From an uncultured virus (IMG/VR IMGVR_UViG_3300029258_003973) (Duplodnaviria; Heunggongvirae; Uroviricota; Caudoviricetes), in the IMG/VR virus record IMGVR_UViG_3300029258_003973: a stretch of 61,488 nt of DNA. The stretch is one strand, 5' to 3'. This document shows positions 1 to 9,297 of this stretch, in pieces. The number at the start of each line of letters is the position of its first letter. Position 1 is the first letter of the stretch. The translations under genes and the position numbers were made by a program. The notes beneath the pieces were generated by a model that saw only the letters and a list, made by a program, of their open reading frames with translations, did no database searches and was not told the origin of the DNA.

Positions 1-1
1 A

Positions 2-1357
2 GCCGGAATAGCACTTGTCCTAGAGAAGATGAAGAAAGAGGGCAAGATTGATGACGTACTTTATATGAATACTTCAAAGTTATCGAAGAACGATATGCCC
101 AAAGAACGTGTAGATGTTTCCATAACAGTAGTACATCCAAACACTTTCTTGCATTTCAGTCCGGGGCTAGATCTGTTGCAGAAAGCTATAGAGATGTCAG
201 ATAGGAAATTCCTAAGTATAGTGTGGGAAACTGACAGACTTCCTGCGTCATGGACACCTATATTTGAAAGGAACATATTTGACGCCTTTATCACCCCATC
301 ATATTTCGTTGCTGATCTTATACTAGATAGGACAGACAGACCTGTCTACTATTACCCGCACTATATACACATACCAGATATTCCTACTGTAGATATAAAT
401 GATAAGTTGGATGAAAACACATTTACCTTACTATATATCGGTCAGGATACTATGAGAAAGGGGATGCAGGATGCTATCATATCATACCTAAGAGCCCTTC
501 ATTCCGCAGAGGACACACGTTTAGTCCTAAAATATCACAGGCTTTCCGACAAAGAGATTGACACCCAGACTATGATATATCATACGACTATAACTAATTC
601 TTCCAAGCCAAAGACAAGAGTATATTCTATTACTCACATGCTGGATAGGAAAGAAATGTATGCTCTATATCATATGTCATCATGCCTGTTGTTCCCTTCC
701 AGAGGGGAAGGATTTGGGCTACCGGTTGCGGAAGCCATGTCTGCGGGGATTCCAGTAATATATACAAACTGGTCTTCTATCCCAGAAGTGGCAGCTGCCC
801 CTGGAAACATTCCTCTGGAATACACTCTCGACGAAGCTGTAGGGATGTTTCACCATGGGTATGATATAGGGTCAAAGTATTCTGTTCCCAGCATTTCTTC
901 ATGTATGGCGGCAATAACGTCGAAATACACTGAATGGAAGCAAAGCAAAGAGGACTATTATGGTGCAGTCAAAGACAACCGTGGTATAATCGACAGGAAG
1001 TTCGGGTACGAATCAGTTTCAGCATGTATAGAACACTTCATACATATGAAAGATGGGTTTGCTCCGAAGTCGGTTGGCGAGGTAATGGGTTATGAAGAAC
1101 CATCCAGAAGAAGAAAGGAGATTGCTGATGGAAATAATGCCGGGGGTCACAATATCCTGCAAGGAGGACAAAGATTCCCAGAGCCCGTCGGACCGCCCTC
1201 CCTGCTTAACGAGGACCCAGATCAGTCTGGGGAAGACAATAGACTGGTGTGTACAGACCTCCCTGATACTGAGGAGTCAGGACCCGAGTCTGACAATAGA
1301 AGCAATCAAGATGAAGGTGAAACAGGTTCTGATGAAAGACCTGGCGAAATATCCTAA
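2..1357 (+). CDS. GT4 (GT-B) glycosyltransferase, probably 5'-truncated by the window edge
   Basis: RKG motif and PSRGEGFGLPVAEAMSAGIPVI signature; frame is open back to base 2; last ~75 aa are a low-complexity tail overlapping the next gene. Confidence 0.9.
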   Translation, partial: AGIALVLEKMKKEGKIDDVLYMNTSKLSKNDMPKERVDVSITVVHPNTFLHFSPGLDLLQKAIEMSDRKFLSIVWETDRLPASWTPIFERNIFDAFITPSYFVADLILDRTDRPVYYYPHYIHIPDIPTVDINDKLDENTFTLLYIGQDTMRKGMQDAIISYLRALHSAEDTRLVLKYHRLSDKEIDTQTMIYHTTITNSSKPKTRVYSITHMLDRKEMYALYHMSSCLLFPSRGEGFGLPVAEAMSAGIPVIYTNWSSIPEVAAAPGNIPLEYTLDEAVGMFHHGYDIGSKYSVPSISSCMAAITSKYTEWKQSKEDYYGAVKDNRGIIDRKFGYESVSACIEHFIHMKDGFAPKSVGEVMGYEEPSRRRKEIADGNNAGGHNILQGGQRFPEPVGPPSLLNEDPDQSGEDNRLVCTDLPDTEESGPESDNRSNQDEGETGSDERPGEIS

Positions 1358-1379
1358 TATAGAGGTTCTAATTGACTAG
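1128..1379 (+). CDS. hypothetical protein (83 aa)
   Basis: AAGGAG SD 7 nt before ATG 1128; overlaps 3' end of the glycosyltransferase. Confidence 0.6.
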   Translation: MEIMPGVTISCKEDKDSQSPSDRPPCLTRTQISLGKTIDWCVQTSLILRSQDPSLTIEAIKMKVKQVLMKDLAKYPNIEVLID

Positions 1380-1794
1380 TGAAGATACAAACATAGACCC
1401 TTCCTCTGTTCACTCTACTACAAACCAGGCTAATATCAAGATGATTGATAGAAACATAGCCGTGTTCGTAAATGATCATGGGAAAGTGACCCCTATACTT
1501 ATCGTTGCCAGAGCCAAGGTAGATGGAATAGAGTATGCAGCATTGTTTGACACGAGTACAAAGAAGGCGTACGCTGTAGAGGTCGTAAGAGAAGTAGGAG
1601 AGATCAAATACTTCAGGGATCTTGATGGTCCTAACCAGGATGAGGAGTGGGCAGTAATAAGTAACTATTTTCTTAAAGAGAAAGTATATGATCAGAATAG
1701 GATATCTATGTGGATATGGAATACTGCCAGGGAATCAGTAAGAACTGGCAAAATGGCGCCAGGTATCAAAATGTCTAGAATGTCTAATATCTAG
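1372..1794 (+). CDS. DUF1292-like hypothetical protein
   Basis: KVDGIEYAAL...DEEWAVIS resembles the DUF1292 pattern; start could be ATG 1441. Confidence 0.5.
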   Translation: MTSEDTNIDPSSVHSTTNQANIKMIDRNIAVFVNDHGKVTPILIVARAKVDGIEYAALFDTSTKKAYAVEVVREVGEIKYFRDLDGPNQDEEWAVISNYFLKEKVYDQNRISMWIWNTARESVRTGKMAPGIKMSRMSNI

Positions 1795-1943
1795 ATATCA
1801 TCAGGATAATCTATTACATCAGTGGGATCCTCATCAGTGATAACAAATCCAACAGAATCACACCCACAACAGTATATATCTTCCTCGGTGCCTTCCCATT
1901 CGTTCTCACACTTCTGGCAATAGTATTTGTAATTATGCTCCAT
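1791..1943 (-). CDS. small zinc-ribbon protein
   Basis: CQKC...CCGC, acidic tail; GAGG SD before ATG 1943. Confidence 0.6.
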   Translation of the reverse strand: MEHNYKYYCQKCENEWEGTEEDIYCCGCDSVGFVITDEDPTDVIDYPDDI

Positions 1944-2862
1944 GGTTGTTAACCTCTCTACCAAATAGTCTTTCATTCTCGGACACACGTTTTGCTGTAT
2001 TCCCTAAATCGTTCATCTTGAAATACACGACGCTGCCTATAGGGTCTTTCTTCAGAGCTATTTCTACTGCAGACAGTTTCTGCTTTAGTGTGGATACAAT
2101 GATATTATTCTCTTTCTCAAATACATCCATCATATTAGAACCATCTTCCTTGTTCTCTATCTTTATTGTATCCTTTGTCTTTTGCCACTCCTCGTATCTC
2201 TTTTCATGAGCTCTGAGCTCTGTAAGAGTTTCTCTATGATCTCTGGGGGCGTAATATATGGCCATGTTCTTGTCTACATTAGTCATTAATGCATTTATGT
2301 CCAACCCATATAGCTTTCTTGCCTCGGTTAGAGCTCCCTTGGTGCTAAGCTTGTTTCTCTCTCTTCCATTTACGTATAGTACAAATCTATCGGAATTCCT
2401 AGAGAAAGACGAGGCTTCCAGTGAATAGCATTCACCTCTATATGCTCTTGATAACTGCCTGGCAAGTGTATATGAGAAATCTCTAAACTCAGAGAATGCC
2501 ATTATCAGTCTAGAGTGAAAACTGAACCATATTACAGTATGCTCTCCATCCTCTAGGTCGGATATACTGAAGAAGGCATATTTTGCCGAGGCAAACCTTT
2601 CAAAAGCTTGTATTCTAGATGTCCCAATCTTTATAAGCTTTGTTGCCTCTTTCTTTTGCTCTTTCAGATCTGTACTCTTTACTCGAACATAACGGTTTAT
2701 CTCCTTAGAGGAAGTCATATTCTCATATTCCTTGGAATCTACTAACCTTTCTATCTTTATGCCAAACTGGTATAAGATACTGTCAGTATACTCCAACACC
2801 GTCTTTGTTATGTCCGGATCGTATCTCTTTCCAAGCACTATAATAGTGCTATCAAAAGCCAT
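1933..2862 (-). CDS. hypothetical protein (309 aa)
   Basis: long ORF with GGAGG SD. Confidence 0.75.
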   Translation of the reverse strand: MAFDSTIIVLGKRYDPDITKTVLEYTDSILYQFGIKIERLVDSKEYENMTSSKEINRYVRVKSTDLKEQKKEATKLIKIGTSRIQAFERFASAKYAFFSISDLEDGEHTVIWFSFHSRLIMAFSEFRDFSYTLARQLSRAYRGECYSLEASSFSRNSDRFVLYVNGRERNKLSTKGALTEARKLYGLDINALMTNVDKNMAIYYAPRDHRETLTELRAHEKRYEEWQKTKDTIKIENKEDGSNMMDVFEKENNIIVSTLKQKLSAVEIALKKDPIGSVVYFKMNDLGNTAKRVSENERLFGREVNNHGA

Positions 2863-2870
2863 TAGTCCTC

Positions 2871-3248
2871 CTATGTGATCTTGATTTTGTTCCTCAAGAT
2901 CATATCCACTATGGCTGTCGAGAACCCATCTATCACTGCCTCATATGTGGATGAGTTCTCTAGTTCCTCCATTCCAAGCTCGTTTGCTACAGCATGGAGG
3001 GCCTCGTGAAATATGGTCTTCCATACATCTGCATCTTCCCTTTCCCCTACATATATTTCTATCAGCCTGTCTATTAGATTACACTGACCAAATAGGGGAT
3101 GGGCATTGGCTCTAGCATCTCCAACTGAGTATGGCGTATCATGATACTTAACACGCCATTTCGTGGAAAATATATCTATCTCCTTTGGGAATTTGCCTAG
3201 TTTGTTAGATGTATTACGCTTTGTATTACCCGGTTTAGTTGACGGCAT
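2871..3248 (-). CDS. HExxH zinc-metallopeptidase-like phage protein
   Basis: FGQC...TIFHEALHA motif. Confidence 0.7.
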   Translation of the reverse strand: MPSTKPGNTKRNTSNKLGKFPKEIDIFSTKWRVKYHDTPYSVGDARANAHPLFGQCNLIDRLIEIYVGEREDADVWKTIFHEALHAVANELGMEELENSSTYEAVIDGFSTAIVDMILRNKIKIT

Positions 3249-3732
3249 TTATGAGATACCTCCTTCTTCTGCTCTTCTCTGTGCATTCTAAGAGATCATT
3301 TGCTACACATCTAGAACAAAATGTGTCGGTTACCCCCTCTATATTGAGAAAATACAGCTTTCCACAGGTATCGCAATACATCTTGGGGCATCCACCAATT
3401 ATCTTACCATGACACCCCTGTTGTTTACAATCAAAGATATCTGGGTGGGATATTACGAAGGATCTGAACAGTACCTCTTCATTATCACACCCGGCCTTCG
3501 CCAGGAACCCTAACAGTTCTGGATAGTTCTGATAGAACTCCTCAGATATATACTGGTCCCCCGCTAGATCTATACAATATTGTAGTAGTCTTGATACGGG
3601 TTCTTTCTTGGATATGATATGATTTATGGATCTAGCAACAAGATCTTGCAGGCTGAGGCCTGTATTGGATAGGATCGGGCCTAGTAGGTCCTCTATGTTT
3701 ACTACGGGTGTTACGGGTCTGTTGTCTTTCAA
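3235..3732 (-). CDS. Cys-rich hypothetical protein
   Basis: several CxxC pairs in the C-terminal half. Confidence 0.6.
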   Translation of the reverse strand: MKDNRPVTPVVNIEDLLGPILSNTGLSLQDLVARSINHIISKKEPVSRLLQYCIDLAGDQYISEEFYQNYPELLGFLAKAGCDNEEVLFRSFVISHPDIFDCKQQGCHGKIIGGCPKMYCDTCGKLYFLNIEGVTDTFCSRCVANDLLECTEKSRRRRYLINAVN

Positions 3733-3808
3733 CTTACCACGGATTCCTCTATATATGTATCACCCAACTTTCACCCAACCACCATGGTGGGTTTACCCAA
3801 CCATAGGG

Positions 3809-4882
3809 TTATTTCATGTTTGCCTCTTCAGAAATATCCTTGGCATCCATGAATGCAGAATACAGCATAAGGATAAGATCAGTCTTTTGCTGGAAGCTTA
3901 ACTGTGTAGAGAACCTAGGTATAAGCCTCCTATACAGCTCAGCTTTCCTCTTCATCGAGTTTGCTGCATTGTTCCCTTCTCCCTTTATACCCCTTGGATT
4001 GGTTATGAGTCCTAATAGCCTTGCTGTGAGCTTTATCCTGGCCTCTTCTGCCTGTACAGTATTCACTAGTTCCTGTACCATTGGCATAAGATTGTTTGTC
4101 CAGGATAGGGGTTTCCCTAATGCTACCACCTCTAGGGCCCTAAGAATCTCAGAATAAATTGGTCTATCTTCCTGCTCATTCTCTCCGGGAGTTACCTCTC
4201 CTGTTATGAGGTATTCGCCTAGGGTATTTATAGAATCCCTTATGCTAACTCCGCTTCTTTCAAAGATCTGATCTACTATGTACTCAGGTATACCAGTACC
4301 CCTTTCCTTGCCTTCGATGTCAAGCAAAAGTTTCCTCAAATCTGCCTTTTCTGGAGGATAAAACCTATACTTCTGTGCCCGGCCGGCAAGCTTATCATCA
4401 AGTTTATCTAGCCTTGTGACCGTGAATATTATATATATGTTGTTTGGTATGTTCTCTGTTAACTGTAGGAACACCTCCTGGGTTTCTGGCCTCAAGTTAT
4501 GGGCCTCATTTATCATGTAAACTTTCTTATGTGTGAATAAGCCATGTCGTTGGTACTCTATTTCCTTCTCTAACTTCCTAGCGTCATCTATTTTCCTATA
4601 GTTTCCGCCATTTATCTCAAAGAACATTGGGTTTGGCATTCCCTCCATTATCTCGTCTGCCTCTTTTGGAGTACAGTCCGGGTTTAACCCAACTGCTATT
4701 ATTCTTCCAGCAGTAGTCTTTCCAAGTCCACCATGCTCACTGTGAAATATTATGAAGTGACTTAGCTCTGGTGACTTACCCTCTACACTGTTTGCGACTA
4801 TTTGATCACCATGCTGTATAAACTTCGATGTAGGATACATGTCCTTGAACAGTCTTGGTCTGTGTTTATTGTATAGATCCAT
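3809..4882 (-). CDS. dnaX: DnaX-like clamp loader subunit (Pol III gamma/tau family)
   Basis: N-terminal LYNKHRPRLF (cf. LYRKYRP), Walker A GGLGKTT, FEING, KKVYMINEAH (Walker B DE->NE), SIRDSIN sensor 2. Confidence 0.85.
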   Translation of the reverse strand: MDLYNKHRPRLFKDMYPTSKFIQHGDQIVANSVEGKSPELSHFIIFHSEHGGLGKTTAGRIIAVGLNPDCTPKEADEIMEGMPNPMFFEINGGNYRKIDDARKLEKEIEYQRHGLFTHKKVYMINEAHNLRPETQEVFLQLTENIPNNIYIIFTVTRLDKLDDKLAGRAQKYRFYPPEKADLRKLLLDIEGKERGTGIPEYIVDQIFERSGVSIRDSINTLGEYLITGEVTPGENEQEDRPIYSEILRALEVVALGKPLSWTNNLMPMVQELVNTVQAEEARIKLTARLLGLITNPRGIKGEGNNAANSMKRKAELYRRLIPRFSTQLSFQQKTDLILMLYSAFMDAKDISEEANMK

Positions 4883-4912
4883 TGTTCCCCCTTATTTGAT
4901 TTGTTCCAGACT

Positions 4913-5257
4913 CTAGTGTTTATATATAAACTCTGTCTCTTTGTCATTCTCCACTAACTGTATGGCAACGGATACATCTCTATGTAAGACAAAACTGACG
5001 TCTATCATTACTGAATCTGGGGTTACAAGAGTGCCTGGATTGCGTTTACAACCTATACTAAGAGCAACAACTGGATGTCCTTCTTCATCAATTGTAACCC
5101 TTTCTAATACTCCTCTCCGGGAGAGCAAACCGGAGTTCCCATTAAAAGGGGGGAGTCCTTTTCTCCAGATTCTTACAGATATTGTCTTTCCAATATAGTC
5201 AGATAGTGGCTTATGTTTTATTATATCCATTATATTGGGTTTGCCAGATAACTTCAT
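4913..5257 (-). CDS. hypothetical beta-rich protein, paralog of 5254-5619
   Basis: KPLSDYIG...SRRGVLERVTI. Confidence 0.6.
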   Translation of the reverse strand: MKLSGKPNIMDIIKHKPLSDYIGKTISVRIWRKGLPPFNGNSGLLSRRGVLERVTIDEEGHPVVALSIGCKRNPGTLVTPDSVMIDVSFVLHRDVSVAIQLVENDKETEFIYKH

Positions 5258-5619
5258 TGGGAATATACCATCTTTCGTATAATAACAGTTTGGTGTGTGT
5301 GTCTATTCTTGTCTACGATTTCACTAGTATGGTGTTTATATATAGAAACACCATCTGTGGGTATAATTCTTACACGGTACTCTACGTTAGCAAGACTGTT
5401 CACAACAGTTATATACAATAATCCCATTGGGTATATAGAAACGTCACTTAGAGTACCAACCTGGCTTGCAGTGTGTGTTGATAGTGCACTATTGACATTG
5501 GCCCCGAATGCTACATGCAGTGTTACTACCTCCCCTATGCAATCTATTAATGGTTTGAACTTCAGGTAGCCTAAAACCCCGGTGTTATCCACAACACTCT
5601 TTGCTGATTGCACTGTCAT
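5254..5619 (-). CDS. hypothetical beta-rich protein, paralog of 4913-5257
   Basis: KPLIDCIG...SQVGTLSDVSI; ATGA coupling. Confidence 0.6.
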   Translation of the reverse strand: MTVQSAKSVVDNTGVLGYLKFKPLIDCIGEVVTLHVAFGANVNSALSTHTASQVGTLSDVSIYPMGLLYITVVNSLANVEYRVRIIPTDGVSIYKHHTSEIVDKNRHTHQTVIIRKMVYSQ

Positions 5620-5828
5620 AATCCTAACATATCCTTGAAGATATCTGGTATATCTTGGTCACTCGGTTCTGGTTTACCGTCGTCCCATGTTTCCTCTACT
5701 CTAATGTCATGAACCTCTACCATATTCCTTAATGCGTCCTCTGCTTCCATCTCTGACCTGGCCTCTACAGTAGTTTGCATTTTCTTACCCTGTATGGCAA
5801 AGAATATTCTATACTTATGTACCTTCAT
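5616..5828 (-). CDS. hypothetical protein (70 aa)
   Basis: GGAGG SD; coupled to neighbours. Confidence 0.65.
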   Translation of the reverse strand: MKVHKYRIFFAIQGKKMQTTVEARSEMEAEDALRNMVEVHDIRVEETWDDGKPEPSDQDIPDIFKDMLGL

Positions 5829-5836
5829 ACCCCCTC

Positions 5837-7303
5837 CTATATAAAACCAGCTGGCCTTGACATAAGGTCTATAAGATTAGCCCGGGATCTATCGTGCGTG
5901 TACATTTCTGGTACAAATACCCTCAGGGTTTCCCTAGGTCTTGTACAAGCAACATACATTACTCTGAATTCTTCCTGACTATATATATCTACTTTCCGTA
6001 TGTTCACAGGAACTATGACATTATCAAACTCCTTTCCCTTGGCGGCATGTATGGTCATAAGGCTTATAGAGGAACCAGAACAAATGGTGTGATAACTTTC
6101 AGACCTGGTAGTTATCTTACTATAGATAGCATCTGTGACAATACTGTTGTCTACTCCACCGTTCTTCCAGAACTCTTCCACTAGGTACCCATCTTCCTCG
6201 AGTTTCTCTATGAGACCGGTGATTGACTTGACTGATATATCACCATAAAACTCCTCATATTCGTCCAGTACCTCTATGAGATTGTATATATCCTGCCTCA
6301 CTTTGGGTATCATTATAGGTATATCGTTCTTGGGCACAATGGGGTTGTCCTTTCTCATCCCAAATATGTCCTCCAGGGCTTGCCTTGTGTATCTACAATT
6401 TCCTATACGTTTCAGTACCCTCGTGGCTGCCCATGAAACTCCACCTAACAAGTGTCCTGCACCCAGCAGCTCGTGACCAGAGATTCCCCTTCCCATCTGA
6501 GCTATAGCGGACGCGAACGTTACGAATGGATGTGCAGACATCGGTACTATACAATTCACCTCTTTACTTCTATCTCCAAGTTGCCTCATAGTAGAGATTA
6601 TCTCGGCGTTAGTTCTGAATAGCATACCAGTATTATCTTTGATATTCTCTACGACTAAAGATGGGATCAAGATCTCTCTGGCTAGTATAGTTTCAGCACT
6701 GCCGCCATCTCTGTTTGGTACTACCGATACAGGTGGTCTAAATGTGGAAGTGACATACCTAGCTATCTCTGATGGAAGCCTATACGAAAGCGATCTTGGT
6801 ACTGTATTAAAGTCTGGCTTTTCCGATGACAGCATCATCATGTATTTTGGATCAGATCCCTGAAATCCAAATATACTCTGATATGGGTCCCCCACTATGA
6901 GAGAATTAGTAGACACATTCAAAAGACCCTTAACAAACGTGTACTGGGGTTCAGATAGGTCCTGCGCTTCATCTACAGCCAGAAAGTCTATTCTCATGTT
7001 TCCTATAGACCCGGTTGCTCTAGCAAGCAACTCATCATAAAACATATCACCAATAGATGAGACTGCGTCCATCTCCATCTTGTTTGTTCGAGATAATATG
7101 TCATATGCTAATGAGTGGATCGTGGATATATTTACCGAGGCCACCCCTACTTTCTCCTTAAGTTCGTTCGCAGCCTCTCTAGTAAAGGTTATAGCATAAA
7201 TATACTCTGGTTGAGCACTCTTGTTCTCTACCATAGAAGAGATATGATCAGATATAGCGGTCGTCTTTCCCGAACCCGGGACCGAAATCATCAGCTTGTT
7301 CAT
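5837..7303 (-). CDS. UvrD/Rep-family SF1 helicase
   Basis: PGSGKTT, VDEAQD, VGDPYQSIFGFQGS, MTIHAAKGKEFDNV, YVACTR. Confidence 0.93.
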   Translation of the reverse strand: MNKLMISVPGSGKTTAISDHISSMVENKSAQPEYIYAITFTREAANELKEKVGVASVNISTIHSLAYDILSRTNKMEMDAVSSIGDMFYDELLARATGSIGNMRIDFLAVDEAQDLSEPQYTFVKGLLNVSTNSLIVGDPYQSIFGFQGSDPKYMMMLSSEKPDFNTVPRSLSYRLPSEIARYVTSTFRPPVSVVPNRDGGSAETILAREILIPSLVVENIKDNTGMLFRTNAEIISTMRQLGDRSKEVNCIVPMSAHPFVTFASAIAQMGRGISGHELLGAGHLLGGVSWAATRVLKRIGNCRYTRQALEDIFGMRKDNPIVPKNDIPIMIPKVRQDIYNLIEVLDEYEEFYGDISVKSITGLIEKLEEDGYLVEEFWKNGGVDNSIVTDAIYSKITTRSESYHTICSGSSISLMTIHAAKGKEFDNVIVPVNIRKVDIYSQEEFRVMYVACTRPRETLRVFVPEMYTHDRSRANLIDLMSRPAGFI

Positions 7304-7505
7304 TTTCCTCCTCTATTCTCACTACAATATAGTCCTTCTGAAAATCCTCCCATTCTTCTTCAGATATCTCGAAGGCCCGCTTCTTTCCATCGTCCCTTAC
7401 TATTATGAATAATAGCTTGCCGTCATCCAGCTTCTCCAGGAACGTCATGAAAGCGCTCCCACCGGGGAGCCTACAGTAGTATTTCGAGGCTACCTCAGGA
7501 ATCAT
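7248..7505 (-). CDS. hypothetical protein
   Basis: ATGA-coupled to upstream stop at 7502; tail overlaps helicase start. Confidence 0.55.
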   Translation of the reverse strand: MIPEVASKYYCRLPGGSAFMTFLEKLDDGKLLFIIVRDDGKKRAFEISEEEWEDFQKDYIVVRIEEENEQADDFGPGFGKDDRYI

Positions 7506-8623
7506 AGTGTTTTGTATAGTGCCAGCATATTTACATCGTCTTCGTTTGGCTCTACTCGCAACAACATGTGTTTTGTCCACGGGTTAATATGCAACAACAG
7601 CTGAGCCTCTTCTGTCTTAGCCCCTACTGCAGTACACAATGCTGTTATGGTAGATGAATCTATCATATTACATGTGAGAACAGAATCTTCTGTAGACGTA
7701 CACTCTATATCTGCTTCAAATGTATTATTGCTCTTATCTATCATCTTTACGTTTGCCATCCCCTTCTGGGAATCTATATATAACCTCATATAACCGTCAT
7801 GGGATAGTCTATCTATAACCGGGATGGCCTCCAGCAGCTGAGCAACATTTACTGATGCTCTTATAAGAGGCTGCTCTGGGCTCTGGTCTTTCTCCTTGTC
7901 ACCCATAGCTACAGAATCCATGAATGCTTTGTTCTTGGACATAAACCTGCTCTTTGCATACTTGAATGCAGAGTATATGCTGTAATCCTGTTCTTCTATC
8001 ATACAATGTACAACCTGCTTGTCAAGCTTTATCCTAGCCCCCTGAGAGATAACTCCTACCATTACTTCCGGTATTTCGGTCACATCAATATCTAACCCTG
8101 GGTCCCCTTTCAGGGCAAAGAATGCTTTCTGATTAAGCACCGCCATATATCCCCTCTCCTCCGGATTGCCTGCCTCATCTTCTCCCTTCACTGTTATAAC
8201 TCCAGCTGTGGCAAACTCCGTTATCAGAGAAAGCATGTTTCTTCCACGAGATAGTATCGGTGGAAGAGTACCATAATCCTGGGGTTGTAGTGGGGCTACT
8301 ACTGGTGGCGGGACTACACTATCACCATCACAGTAAAGATTCAGGGTGTGCTTTCCATTAGAGAAAGTTATCATCGTTCTTTCCGCAAAGTCAGTGTCTT
8401 TCTTCCTCGCGGTGATATCCCCCTCCATTCCCATTATGGTATGGAGGTCTTTCATTTCAAGATACGCATCGACATCACTATCCATGAATCCTTCTATTTT
8501 GAACCATGAACGGTCCCCGCCAAAGTACAGGTCGCCCTGATAAAGAGCGAAGGTCCGCGTTTCCAAGTTCTCTGCTGATGGTATAAGTTTACAAGCCCTC
8601 TGGAACTTCAATTTGGTTGACAT
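7502..8623 (-). CDS. putative DNA sliding clamp (DnaN/beta-clamp-like)
   Basis: 373 aa (beta-clamp size), alternating beta/alpha character, C-terminal ...NMLAL strand, located between PolB and DnaX-like genes; no diagnostic motif. Confidence 0.5.
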   Translation of the reverse strand: MSTKLKFQRACKLIPSAENLETRTFALYQGDLYFGGDRSWFKIEGFMDSDVDAYLEMKDLHTIMGMEGDITARKKDTDFAERTMITFSNGKHTLNLYCDGDSVVPPPVVAPLQPQDYGTLPPILSRGRNMLSLITEFATAGVITVKGEDEAGNPEERGYMAVLNQKAFFALKGDPGLDIDVTEIPEVMVGVISQGARIKLDKQVVHCMIEEQDYSIYSAFKYAKSRFMSKNKAFMDSVAMGDKEKDQSPEQPLIRASVNVAQLLEAIPVIDRLSHDGYMRLYIDSQKGMANVKMIDKSNNTFEADIECTSTEDSVLTCNMIDSSTITALCTAVGAKTEEAQLLLHINPWTKHMLLRVEPNEDDVNMLALYKTL

Positions 8624-8658
8624 AACATTTACCTCTTATATTTCGTGTTATATGATAT

Positions 8659-9297
8659 CTAATTTCCTGCTGCTTTTGATGTTACTTCATACTCCTCTTC
8701 GAAACGATCAGATCTATCCTTAGCGTTGCCATAATTTACCGGCATGATAAACCCGACAAGACTCCTCTTGTTTGGATCTTCAACATGTTCTTCTACGAAT
8801 AACACGGGCCTTCCCGGGGCTGTAGGAGAAATAGCAGTGGCCGAATTGTGTAATTTCATTATCTTATCATAGTATATCTTCCTTATTAGTGTTCCAGGAT
8901 GGTTCACTTCTTCAAACACTGTATTGCTTGGCTCTAAGATATAACACTTTGTCTCAGACCTCCTCCAATACGCCCTGAAATCTACTGTAATAGGGTGGTT
9001 GTAGAACTGTCTCCTTATCATGGTTGGAAACTCACTAAGGTTTACACTGGTTAGTTCTGGCAAAAGTGTAGCCATGCTGTGGGGAGTAGCTCCATAGTAC
9101 TCCCATACCCCCTTCTCATCTATCCTATACCTGCCACTCTTCAGTAGTAGATCGCTTGTCCCCATTCTATGTATAGGATATAGGACCGCCCACCTCATAT
9201 TGGTGATCCATTTCCCCTCTGACGTTTGTTCCAATATATGGACTATTCCTGGTTCTCTTCCAAATCCACGCATTACTCTTGCGGCTCTTCCATCCAT
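8659..9297 (-). CDS. hypothetical protein (212 aa)
   Basis: GGAGG SD; overlaps PolB 3' end. Confidence 0.7.
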   Translation of the reverse strand: MDGRAARVMRGFGREPGIVHILEQTSEGKWITNMRWAVLYPIHRMGTSDLLLKSGRYRIDEKGVWEYYGATPHSMATLLPELTSVNLSEFPTMIRRQFYNHPITVDFRAYWRRSETKCYILEPSNTVFEEVNHPGTLIRKIYYDKIMKLHNSATAISPTAPGRPVLFVEEHVEDPNKRSLVGFIMPVNYGNAKDRSDRFEEEYEVTSKAAGN

